In this document: positions 24,209-35,626 of the stretch, piece after piece
Numbering within the stretch: position 1 is the first letter of the stretch
Layout: every line of letters starts with the position of its first letter
Assembly: GCA_013265495.1 (NCBI GenBank)
Contig: MU058103.1
Coordinates: 186,001-250,000, forward strand
DNA length: 64,000 nucleotides
Direction of reading: 5' to 3'
Source: Vicugna vicugna
Lineage: Eukaryota
The notes under the pieces: model-generated
Database searches by the model: none
Told to the model about the DNA's origin: nothing
What the model saw: only the letters and a program-made list of their open reading frames with translations
Position numbers and translations under genes: made by a program

Positions 24209-25469
24209 GAATTTAAAAAATCCTTCCCATGTTCCAAGAAGAGTGGTGGTGGGTAATTGGAGCATCAAATGAATGAGATAACCCCTATATATGCGATGCT
24301 AATATTCTAGTAAAGCAAACAAGTAAAGAGGGTCAATTTAATGCAACTCTACCAGTTATAGAGGTGGGGACAACTGAAGCAAAAGAAGAAATATTAAGTT
24401 CAAATTAACGATTCAAAGACTGGTGTGTGAAATGAGTCTCAAAGAATAAAGATGCCTTTCTCGAACAAATCAAGTTGAGAATTCTGAGAAGGGAATTCCA
24501 GAAAGACATCTAAAGCAAAAACCACGGACATGGCTTCTTCTATGCTGCTTTACCTTTACTTGAGTTTGCACGTGTTTTCTTTGTCCATAAATACCTTTGT
24601 TCTTATCTGTCTGGTGAAAATGTTATGCTTCAAATATCAGCTCAGACGTCCCCCGTTTGTGAAAGCTTCCCTGTCCTTCACAAGCACATTGAATCAACCT
24701 CCCTTTTGTTCAGCAAATGTCATACTCCTGCTGTAATGCACACCACTCTGCTTGGCAAATATCTCTCCCCTTGCTTATTTTCCTCATTAAACTAGAGTCA
24801 CTTTATGGACAAGCACAATGGAAAACAGTATGTCCTCACACCTTTGCTGGTTAGACAAATGAGTATTTTCTTATTCTATTTTGAATGATAGTTTTTTATG
24901 CCCTACTAGATTGTTGGTTTCTTACTGGTAGTCATAATATCGAGTCATCAAATATCTAGTTTTACATCATCTAGGGAACTTAACACATTGTTCACATAGG
25001 TTAGTGAGTATCAGTTATAAACACTAGATGAATCACTTTTTGATTTGATCCCTTTTACTGTTTATGTCACATGACAAAAAGGTGATACTTTTATCCTTTT
25101 TCTTCCATCACATTGTTTAAACCACTTGAGTATTTGAAAAAAAAAAGAAAGAAATTTAAAGCAACACAATTAAAACAATATTTTTAAAAACTCCATACCT
25201 TCTTTTCATATGTTGAAGTAACACTGTAGTTAGTCATTTCATATTTGTGTGTAATTATAACTATATGGCAACTAGAATTAAATTTTGTCTATTACAGTTT
25301 TTTCTTGCTTTCATCAAGAAATTAAATGCTTTGAAAGTATTTAAGTCTAGCCCAGTGAAGAAAGTCTTGGACAGAAGAAGATATATGAAAATCATCACAG
25401 AAGAACTTGGTATTAAAAATGTGCTCTCAGCTACTTAGACCTCTCAGATCAGAATTTACAAATATCCCT

Positions 25470-25670
25470 GCACGTACAGCACTTACAAAGCACTCTGTCT
25501 ATAGGACTCATATAGATCATTTTATTTGAATCTGTTAATACTCTTGTGGGCTAAATACAGTGGTTATATTATTACCCCAATTTTAAAGATTATGAAAAGG
25601 TAAGTGACTTACGTGAGATCACCCAGCTAGTAATTGGTGGAATTAGCTTTAGAACCAAGCTCTTTCTAAT
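25470..25670 (-). mobile_element. MIR SINE relic
   Basis: attattaccccaatttt...ggtaagtgacttacgtgagatcacccagctagtaa. Confidence 0.7.
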
Positions 25671-26034
25671 TTGTTTATCAGTCTCTGTCAGTTAGGTATA
25701 GTGACTATCTGGAAGAAAGGTTTAAAAGATGCTAAATAATTTTGTGGAATCTTGTCGATTACTTAAAAGTATCACCTAGAGAAAGAACATGGTATAAAAA
25801 GAGAGCGATAGGTAAAAAATTCAGAGGGCGAGTATTAGGGCCTTGGCACAGACTTTAGTGATGCTTCTAACCAGATGGAAGTCACTTAGTCTCACTTTTT
25901 TTCATCTATATAACTGAAATGGTAGTAACTTCCTTAACCATCCCCCCCCAAATTGCTGTGAAGATCAAAGAGTTTTATAAACTACAAATCATTATCTAAT
26001 CACAGAATATTATCAAAAATTGCACAATAATAGA

Positions 26035-26111
26035 GGGGTGGTTATAACTCAATGGTAGAGCACATGTGCAAGGTCCTTGGTTCAATCCCCAGTACTTCCA
26101 TAGAAAAAAAA
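26035..26111 (+). mobile_element. tRNA-Ala-derived short SINE, Vic-1-like (camelid), with TSD
   Basis: ggggtggttataactcaatggtagagcacatgtgcaaggtccttggttcaatccccagtacttcca plus A-tail. B box GGTTCAATCCC at 26079-26089. TSD gcacaataataga (26022-26034) / gcacagtaataga (26112-26124). Confidence 0.85.
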
Positions 26112-27509
26112 GCACAGTAATAGATGTAAAGAGGACATTACACCCTGTCTTTGTGGTTAGATACCTGAAATGAGTTTATACAGTAGTAAAGATACATGTT
26201 CTAACCATGGCTCTGCTGCTACTTAACTGTATGTCTTTGAAAAACTCCCATAACCTTTGTCTGTTTCCTCATCTGCCATATTAGGATAAACTATATCATC
26301 TCTAAAGCTTTTTTCTGGGTTCAAGGTTTGTGATTCAAAGTGAATCCAACTACACTTTTTTGGCTTCGACTCCCTAATCATCAGCAGAATAAATTGCAGA
26401 GACAGCTGGCTGGGGTTAGAGGTACAGTCTCTGGCCACAGAAGAGCATAAAACTAAGGGGATCATGTAGCCATCAAACAGATGATGGACCTCTCATTAGC
26501 AATGTGCTGAAGCCAGTGACATCCAGGGACAATTGCAGCTGGCATTTCCTCCACATTCGGATGTCTGTTCAATTAGTTTTTCTGTGCTAGCTCAGTCCGA
26601 ACTCATCCTCTGAAAACTCAAGAAAGCACTCCTTGTTTAATAATCAGAGTTTAGGAAATAATCATTAAGTTCACACTTTATACTGCATCTACTATGTGTA
26701 TAACAGCATGCTATACAATGGCAAAAATTTTAAAAATGAATGGTACTCATCCTTCTGTTTTGGCAGGGGTCTGTGCTTTGATACCAGAGAGCTTTGTGTT
26801 CAGGGCCCCATCTGTGGCTTATTGGCTATATCTCTTTCATGCCATTTATGTTCACTGACTAACACCATACCTGACAAAAATAGATGCTTATTATGTGTTA
26901 ACTAAACAGATAGCTTTGGCTGTGTCATTTTTTCTCTTAGTTTCTTCAGGTAAAATGGGAGTAATGACCCCCTAGTAATAATGACTCCAACAGAGTGGTT
27001 GTGACCAGTAAATGACGTAAGAACAGAAAGTCCTTTCAATGGTAGAATTGCTCAGGAAACATACATTTCCTTCTCTGGCACAAACTCTCCAACTTCTTTT
27101 ATTCTAGGGTCAGGGGAAGTAGAGAAGACTTTTACCAACACATATTTTAAAGTAAAATCATTTATAAGTAAACCAAATCAGAAAAAGTGGTAGTTAAGTC
27201 AGACTGAGAGAGGAATATAATTGGCAGATAAAAAGCAAGTAAGTGAAAGCCTTTGAGGCACCCAGTTCATTCACAGAGACACGTACATAAATAAGCCAAA
27301 TACCAAGCACAGTGGAAGCCTATCCCTCTGTCCTGCCTGCCCACAATACTGATGTGCTGCCGCAAAGCTGAAAAGTCTGCACATACTTGCAGGGGTTGAC
27401 CAGGATTAGAATTACAGAGAATGCATTCGAGAAATATCCAGAGTAACCAAACAGCAGGGATTTTGTTTCTTTTTTTTTTTTAATCAAAATAGCATTATCA
27501 TCTAATAAG

Positions 27510-27750
27510 AGCTTATAGCTCAGAGTCATGGAGACACAAGTTCAATTCCTCTGATACTACTGTGTTGTAAGAACTGGGGCAAGTTATTTAATCTCTGTAA
27601 GCATCAAATGTTATTATCTTAAAAAATGGAGGTGAAAATACTGACTTTGCTGAGTTATGAGGATTGAATGAAATTATATACCCAGCACACTGTGAGAACA
27701 GACTACTACCACAGTATCTGAGATGTAGTAGACACTCAATGTGTATTATT
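27510..27750 (+). mobile_element. MIR SINE relic
   Basis: agttcaattcc...gggcaagttatttaatctctgtaagcatca...aaaatgga...tgaggattgaatga...gacactcaat. Confidence 0.75.
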
Positions 27751-28094
27751 TGATAAACTCAAGGGCCACTGAATTAATAATGAATTGGGAGAACATCACT
27801 TCATTAGAAAAAAATGATGATTTAGTATGAATTTACCTATAGCAATAGCTGGCATTTAGTAGGTACTTAATCAGTATTTCCTTCCTTTGACTTAGGAGAA
27901 GAATTCTTAGAAACATAATCGAATGTTTGACTACAACTCCTATAATTAACATCAGCTGGACTGTTGAAGGTCAAGTTGATGAAATCAAACAGGAATAATT
28001 CAGAAACCACAGTACTTGTACAAGACTAAACATTTAGAGAAAATCTTAGTGCCTCTGTTGTTTATGGCTCAGAACACTTTATTTCCAAGGTTAG

Positions 28095-28805
28095 CCAAGC
28101 TGACTTTATAATCATGTGACCAGGGCAGTGCTTAGAGCCCTGGCACTCAGAAAGGCCCTTTTCTAGGGTTGTGAAGCCTAGTGATGGCCATTTTGAAATT
28201 CTTAATGATTTGATCTTTGAATTTGTGTTCTGAAAGTGAATTCTGATGGCACAATGGAACATCTTTTGGGGAATAGGGGCTTTGGCTCGAGTATGCTATT
28301 GCCTCCCACCTCCTCTCCACCTCCCTGGGGTGGATTCTGTTACCTGCTCCCTGGCACCCCAGGTCCCTACCTGCCTGGCTTCCCCTTCTCTGTCCTGCAG
28401 CTATTGCCTCCCTCCACCCAGGGCTGCAGTCTGATCACATGAATGGGGAAGTCCACATTCTTCCATTGCACTGCCATTACCCATGCCTGATTTGGTCACA
28501 TAGATGGAAAGGTTTAGAGTCAGGCATACACCCTGCAGTTTCTTGGGCTGGGGAGGTTACAGCCACCCCTGACCTTGGCTGGCAGTGATGAAACATTCAG
28601 CAGGTGTGTCAGCATGGCACTCTCACCCACCATCGAATCTGTGTACTGAGCACATCCTGATACATAGGAGAGGTTTAATCCCTTAGGGGTCATCTGTCTA
28701 CCCTGTGTTGAAACAGTGGGTCCATGGGAAGGAGAGATTGACTTCCCCACCCTAAACTTCATTCACATTTGGCACTGGGCTTGACAAAGGATGTGGCCTG
28801 TCCTG
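28095..28805. mobile_element. MER115/Zaphod-like hAT-Tip100 element
   Basis: cactcagaaaggccc...ttgaaattcttaatgattt...tctttgaatttgtgttctgaaagtgaattctgatggcacaatggaacat at the left; catttggcactgggc...atgtggcctgtcctg terminal segment at the right. Confidence 0.75.
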
Positions 28806-28899
28806 CATGGTAGGGAAACAATATGGCTGAGGCCAAAATTAGCACAGGTATTATATAGCGTGACTAAAGCTGGTCCTCCTCATGCACATACACCTAGAC

Positions 28900-29755
28900 A
28901 CCTGAGTCTTCTTTGAGCACAGTGCTCCTGCATCTATCTACATATGCAGCATCTTCACTTGGAAGCCCAGTCCCAAATCCCTCAAACTCAGAACAGCTTA
29001 GCTAACACTGAGGATATTTCCACCCTACCCTTCCCCAACTCCCAGTCTGATTATTCTCTGAGAACTCCATGGTCATCTCATTCCGTTTTACAATCCAAAA
29101 TCACAGAGTTCCAATTGGAACTTTCATCTTTCTCACCTTCATGTGTGATAAACCTCATTGCGTCTCCATCATCATCTTAACACAAGCTCCTACAACTTGC
29201 TTTATCTTACTGCATCTACTCCCTCCTGTCCTTTGTAACCAAGGTGATTTTTCTTTTGCAAATATATTTGATCACATCATTCCTCTTACATTAAACTTTT
29301 AATAAGTTCTGATTTTTCTGAGGGAAAAAGGAGCAAATCCTTAGCTTGGCTTACAAGACTCTGTACCGTCTATCCCCTGCCTACTTTTAGTTACTGCCTA
29401 TGATTTGGTCACAAGCTTCCTTTCCCATTCCTTGGAATATAAAGTTGATCTTGCTGGCTTAGTCATCCACCTTCCCAAACTTTTAATCAACTCCAACATT
29501 TCTTCAGATTGTGTTTGACTTATTGCTTCCTTGGAGGTGGCTGCTCTGATTTTTCTATTACATACTACATAGAACAATGAAGCATGCCTTCATAATAACA
29601 CATTTCTAATTTTTATTTATATGTGTGAATCTTTAATTATGTCTACCTCCCTTCACTGGACTATGGCTAGATGTGTTGTATCTTCAGGGGTTCTCACAGT
29701 GAGAAGTATACAGTAGATATTTAATAAGTACTTAATAAGAATGAATGAATGAATG
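28900..29755 (+). mobile_element. L2 LINE 3' part with (TGAA)n tail
   Basis: tgatcacatcattcctct...aaatccttagcttggcttacaagactct...tagatatttaataagtacttaataagaatgaatgaatgaatg. Confidence 0.8.
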
Positions 29756-30343
29756 TGCATTTACCCTACATTTTTCTTCAGGAGACTTATAGAGCAAGCA
29801 ATATATACAGTGCATACAGTCTAGTATGTGGCACGACTTAGAGTCATAGGTTAAGACTGTGCAACTTTTGAAGAATTATTTCACCTCTCTGGATCTTAGA
29901 GGTTCACAATAACCTGCAAGTGGTTGGAAAACAGCTTGCTAAAGCGATTTGCCCTTTACTAGAGGATTCTGTTTAGCAAATATCACTTTGTTTTGGCTTT
30001 GTATTTTCACTTTGTTCATGTGTGTTAATGTGTGTGTGTTGGAGAGGTTTGGTTATGTAAATACATGGCTCATTTTTCAATCACTGTTTTTCTTTACTTG
30101 CTAGGTACTTTACATGCTCCTGCCTCAGGATACTTTTTAGGGTGCAAACTATTCACCAGATCTAGTAAGGATAGTAAGGTAGCTGTGTGTTTCTATGTGT
30201 TTGTGTTTGTGTGTGTGTGTGTGTGAAGGTATGTGAGTTTAATACTTTATTTGACCTTTTTTTTTTGTCTCTTCATTTGTTTTTGTAAAATCAGAATCTT
30301 TCCTAGAAAACTATGTGGTTTCTGTACTGACCTAATACTTCCA

Positions 30344-30436
30344 GTTATTAAACTGTCACCCAGAAAACACCCATGGTGTTATTAAACTGTCACCCAGAAA
30401 ATACCCATGGTGGTATGGGTGAAAACACCCATACCA
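30344..30436. repeat. 34-bp tandem duplication followed by an 11-bp perfect hairpin
   Basis: gttattaaactgtcacccagaaaa(c/t)acccatggt twice (30344-30377, 30378-30411); tggtatgggtg-aaaa-cacccatacca (30411-30436). Confidence 0.97.
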
Positions 30437-30555
30437 GTCCCATTTGTTATAACTGCATCGAACCCTCAGGCTTCACCCCACGCAGTGTCTTCATTTGATT
30501 CTCAGTTCTAGAACAGCTGAGCTGTTGTTGGCCTTGTGTCCATTCACAGTCCCTT

Positions 30556-31150
30556 TGTTGTTGGAGAATAGGTTCTTGCCTCGCACAGCAAAGATTTCAA
30601 GAGTAAGACATAGTGAAGTGAAAGCAAGTTTATTTAGAGAGATACACACCCCATAGACAGTGTGGTCTGTCTCATTCAGAAGGGAAAGCAACTTAGGAGA
30701 TACACACTCCATAGGCAGAATGAGTGCCATTTTAAAAGGCGAGAGGGAGAGAGGCTGAAAGGTGTGGGGGTGTTTAGTTTAAAGTAAAAGTAGATACACA
30801 CGCCACAGACAGAGTGTTTGGGCTGTCTCAGAAAGCAAGAGAGAGAGTGACCACAAGGTGCAAAGTTGTTAATTTGGGGGGCTTGGTAATTTCATATGCT
30901 AACAAGTAGGAGAATTATTCCAACTACTTTGGGGAAGGAGCAGGGATTTCCAGGAATCGGGCCCCCACCCACTTTTTGACCTTTTATAGTCAGCCTAGGA
31001 ACTGTCATGGTGCCTGTGGGTGAACCACGAGGCTTCAGGTCTACTAGAAGTTGAATCTTCCACCATCTTGGTTCTAACCAGATTGTCCTGTCTTCAATTG
31101 CTGTGTCATTCCTTCAGTGGTTGTGCCCTGCCCCCTTCCCTCCTGTCTCA
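30556..31150 (-). mobile_element. MER41-like ERV1 solo LTR with perfect 4-bp TSD
   Basis: TG...CA ends flanked by cctt/cctt. Minus strand reads aaccaagatggtgg, gcaccatgacagtt, gaataattctcctacttgttagcatat and aataaacttgctttcacttcact...aaatctttgctgtgcgaggcaagaacc, matching recalled MER41 blocks in order. Confidence 0.85.
30948..30956. promoter_or_regulatory. GAS (STAT1-type) motif TTCCAGGAA within the MER41-like LTR
   Basis: Exact TTCCNGGAA match at the position where MER41 elements carry GAS sites; a degenerate second site (tttggggaa) at 30928-30936. Confidence 0.6.
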
Positions 31151-33897
31151 CCTTAAACTTTATGATCGAATTAAATTCTCCAGTTTATTTGTCTGTCTTT
31201 TTCACAACATTGCAAGTATTTTGATGATAGGACAAGATCTCTTTAAAATTATATTCCCTGACCCTAGTCCATAGGTCTCACTTATTTGCTGGATGAATGA
31301 TTAAATTAGACCTGGTAATATGCTCATTTAGGATTCCCCACCACCTTAGCTTAGCTTTGCCCTATCCAACTCAGCCTACCCCAGACCCTCTCCAGAAGAT
31401 TCAGCTGCCATTTGTCTACTTTTCTTCTTTTTCTTTTGCACGTGGGCTAGAGTCTAGGACATTTGCAAAACAGAGCATTGCAAAAATTCAGCAGTGATTA
31501 GGACCCTTTCACAGTTCTTCAGTGGTGTTCACAAATGGAATTGGGAGTTCAGAAGTCAGGCAACTCAAGTGGAAGCTTTGGTGATCTCATCTGTTTTCTG
31601 TGTGTGTTTGAATTAGTCAGTTCTCTTTATCAATAAAATGGGTTTAGTAATAATAATGATTTTGCATGTCAGTTGTCAGAACCAGGTGAAATATTGTAAA
31701 TGAAACCACTTGGTAAAGAATAAAACATTTTTTCATGCTAATTATCATTTATTTTTATGTATTGGTTTATAAGTTGCTTTATTGCAAAAGACTAGTCTGC
31801 AAATGTGACTTTGTGCAATATGATTAACCAATTTCTATTCTGAAAGATAATTACTTATTAATAATTCTCTATAGAATAATTCTATACGTGGCTACCAAGA
31901 AGAATTCTGAGTTTGTGACTTTAAAACATTGAATCTAAAATATGGGTACATATTAATTATATGATGATGCTGATGGTAGCGAATTCTATGTGTATGCCAT
32001 GCTGAAGTGTTAACTGTCTCATCTGATGCTCAAAGCATGACTTGAGGTAGAATTCCATTTTATACTTGAGGACATTGATAAATTAATAAAAGGGCACTGA
32101 AAATTTCAGGCCTACCTTTCTCTCTCTCTCTTTTTTCTTGGGCAAGAAAACCAGCCAAGCATTTATGATGGCATTACTCACTGCATATAATCCATAGACA
32201 ATATAGCTTTTTCAAGTGTTGTGGGGAAAAAAAGTTATTCAGATTTTTATAATGCTTTCAAAAAGATATTTTATTTATCTTAAAATGATTATTCCCATCC
32301 ATTGGGTTCCAAGAAGCTTTTTTTTTTTTTTTTTTTTATTAGTGGTATGTTTTACTTCTTTCAAAAGAGAAAGCAATTGTCTTGATAAATCAAATGGAAA
32401 TATTTTTAAAAAATATTTCTCTGCAGAGAAATTATTTCTACAGAATATTTTGCACAAAGAAAACACTCCAATGATAGAAGCCTCCCTTGTTTCTGATATC
32501 AATATCTATCTTTCTCTCCAGGAGGGAAAAAAAAGATTATCAAATAATGTGATTTCTTTAGTGGTTGTGAGAAAAGAGCCTTTTCACCATGACCAGTTTG
32601 ACAATCTCTGTGAAACAAGTTCATCATTAACAGTAATGGCAAGCTATTGATGTTTTCAGGGTCTAATATGTTAGAATAGTAGACTTGGCCACGGTAGCTT
32701 TTTCTAAATATTTCTCAGCATATTGAGTAGCCTAGATAACAAGCAAGTCAGCTGTGAGTATTACCCTGAGACCTAACTTGAAGTTTCCATGTGGGATCTA
32801 TAAAGTTACCAGTGTTAAAGGATTGTGATTCCGTCTTCCTAGCCTCATTAATTGAAATGATTTTAGCCCACTGCCTTAATCATGAAACTTTTCCTAAACC
32901 ATAATCATATTTTAAAAAATTTTGACATCCAAGTGTATATTCTCATAAGGTGACCACTACTGGAAAATTTAGTTAGAATTAAGCTTTAGAATGCATTTTG
33001 AACTTCAGTGGGGGATAGATTTTATAAAACCTGTCTGCAATCTCCTGATCCTTTGAATCCTGAACTGAGGTCCCTATAGGCTTCTAAACATATTTTGAAT
33101 ACAGTTCAAACCCACACTCTATACTTTGACCTCTTTTGGATACAAAGAGGAAGGGAATAAACATATGAGTGGATTCCGTGTGCCTGTTATTCTGCTGAGC
33201 ATTTGTTCTTATGCATTCTCATTTTATTCCTCACCTACCTTGTGAAGGGAAAAAGAGGGCAAGGTACATTGGAAAATTACTATTTACTAGGATTTTTATA
33301 AAGCTAATATCTTGTTTAATTATGTAAGTAATCTTAATGAATATGATTCCAAGTTTATACATGGAGAAACTGAGTGGCAGAAGTTTAGTTACCTGGGCTG
33401 GGTTCCACAGGTTGAAAGTGAAAGGTTCAGGGATAGGACTTGGCCTTCTGATGCAATGCAAAGTCTCAGACCTCTCCCTGTAGACTGCAGCCGACAACCT
33501 CATAAGGGTTACTGCAGAATTAATGTGTGCTTGGGCCCTTATTGAAACCCCTCTAACTCCTCCAGCTGATTTCTTTTGATACTCTGCCACAGACATTGGC
33601 CATGATCAGCAAAATTATATGTTGAGGTGTCAGGTACAGGGAAAAGACTTAGAAGGGAACTAACATCCTGGCTGGGACATAAAAGCACAAAGGAAATTTG
33701 CTGAAAATTAGTCAGGCACTTTAAATGGGTGAGTTCTCAGCATGAGGAGAACATGAAGTAGTTACTAGATTATCTTCCTACTATGAAATCAAGGCTCTAA
33801 TGGTTAGAAAGAACCACATGTTCCCAAAGAGAATAAGTCAAATGATACCTCAGAGGCATCCACTATATGCCCCATAATATGAAAAAGACAGGACACT

Positions 33898-34312
33898 TGC
33901 ATTAATAATTTTAGCTGCACAAATGGAAAATCTTTTAAATGTCAGTGACTTGAAACAATCTAAGTTTATGTTTTATTTATCACAGTCTGATGTATGGTTC
34001 CTGGTCAGCTGGCACTCAGGGACCCAGGTGTCTTCCTGATTGCACTCTCCAGTAGACACCAGGGGCTTTCTCTATTCAGCCAGCAAAAAGGGAAAGAGAC
34101 TACAGCAAAAGCAAACTTGCTTCTTAATCACTTTGGTTAGAAGTGATGTACCTCACTTCAACTCATATCCTTTCAGCTAGAATTAATCCCATATCCCTGA
34201 CTGGGTACACAAAGAGGTGGGAAATGTAGCCCCTGATTGAGTAGCCACATCCATAATGTACCACCTTGGAGGGGAGCAAGAATCAGTGGATGCTGGCTAG
34301 CTGTCTCTACCA
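33898..34312 (-). mobile_element. MLT1J-like MaLR solo LTR
   Basis: tcagtgacttgaaacaat...cactcagggacccagg...agaagtgatgtacctcactt...gggaaatgtagcc...gctagctgtctctacca. Confidence 0.75.
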
Positions 34313-34559
34313 AATTTTCAGCTTATTATCTTATGGGGCATATTACTGTATATGGAGCAAGCTAAAGAAGCAAACAGTCTACTGCCAAAACTAAGGACTA
34401 GATAAGGGTGAAGTTCAGGAAGAAGAAAGTGTTAAGGTGCAGTCATGAAGTATGGACTATGGATGCTCCTGGAGTTCAGAGTGTGGTTGAAAGGAGTTAA
34501 GGATATTTGAACTTTGCCTTGGATGGGAAAAATCATTAAAATGAGTGGGACTACAGGAC

Positions 34560-34751
34560 TAGGGAGGAAACAGACATGTATGAAGCACGTACAATAATCA
34601 AGAAACCCGTCAAACACTTTGCACGTGGCATCAGATTTCACCATCATGTGAATTTGATATTCTCAAGTCTTTCTTTTTTAAGAGGAAAAAACTTACAAAG
34701 TAAGAGAGATTTGGACACTTGCCTGACATGCATAGCTAACAAATGTCAGAG
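34560..34751 (-). mobile_element. MIR relic that is the target of the MER21 LTR insertion
   Basis: gaggaaaaaactta...agagatttggacacttgcctgacatgcatagctaacaaatgtcagag; resumes after 35631. Confidence 0.6.
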
Positions 34752-35626
34752 TGTAGGGGGGAAAAGCATTCCTTCTGTATGTCCTTGACCCTCAGTATTT
34801 CTACTACAGCACTACTTCAGTTCTGACACCAGAAGGGTAGGTTTTCCAGGTATCGAACAATTCTGTGGCAGAAGTTGGGTGTCCTGCAGTTCTGATACTA
34901 TATATCTGGAGATAGCCTCTGATCTCACAGCTAAAAGGCTCAGTCCCATAAGATTTCTCCTCTACCCCAATTCAGATGCCAGTTGCAAGTCCAGGTTATC
35001 ACCTGTGCTTCTCACTGACTGACTACAGATGTTCCAATGACCCTTCCTTGGGTTCAGTTAATTTTCTGGAGCAGCTCACAGAACTTAGGTAAACATTTTA
35101 CTTTCTTGAGTGCTATTTTATTATAAAAGGATACAATTCAAAAACAGCCAGATGGAAGACATACATAGACCAAGGTATGTGGGAAGGGATGCAGAGCTTC
35201 CATGTGCAAACTGGATGTGCTACCCTTCCCTCACCTCCAGATGTTCACCAATAAGGAGGCTCTCCGAACCCATCCTTTAGGGTTTTTATGGAGGCTTCAT
35301 TTCATAGGCATAATTGATTGCATCATCAGTCATTGGTGATTGAAATCCAATTCCAACTCCTCTCTTCTGGTTGGGAGGTGTAGGAGGAGGAAATTGGCTG
35401 AAAGTTCCAACCCTTTAATCACATGGTTGGTTCCAAACCCCATCCTTAGGTGCTTTCCAAAAGTCATTTCATGAACATAAACTCAGATTTGATTGAAAGG
35501 GATGTGTTATGAATATCAAAAGATATTCTATGGCTCTTATCACTTAGGAAATCCCAAGGGGCTTAAGAGCTCTGTGCCAGAAACAAGACCAAATATGTAT
35601 TTCTTACTGTAATTCACAATATCTCA
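34752..35626 (-). mobile_element. MER21-family solo LTR
   Basis: ggctcagtcccataaga, ttcagatgccagttgcaagtccagg, gcagctcacagaact and taagagctctgtgccagaaacaagaccaaatatgt. TG...CA ends; 5-bp TSD cagag/caaag. Confidence 0.88.

Noticed and set aside
26586..26600. gctagctcagtc resembling a tRNA-Lys 5' end
   Set aside because: Only 12 nt, no continuation and no TSD.
30981..30988. TATAAAAG on the minus strand as the LTR TATA box
   Set aside because: It lies upstream of the GAS region, whereas the recalled MER41 TATA-like element is further downstream; assignment not supportable.
32216..32650. 144-aa ORF with poly-Phe
   Set aside because: Driven by a T homopolymer, AT-rich composition, no splice or homology support.
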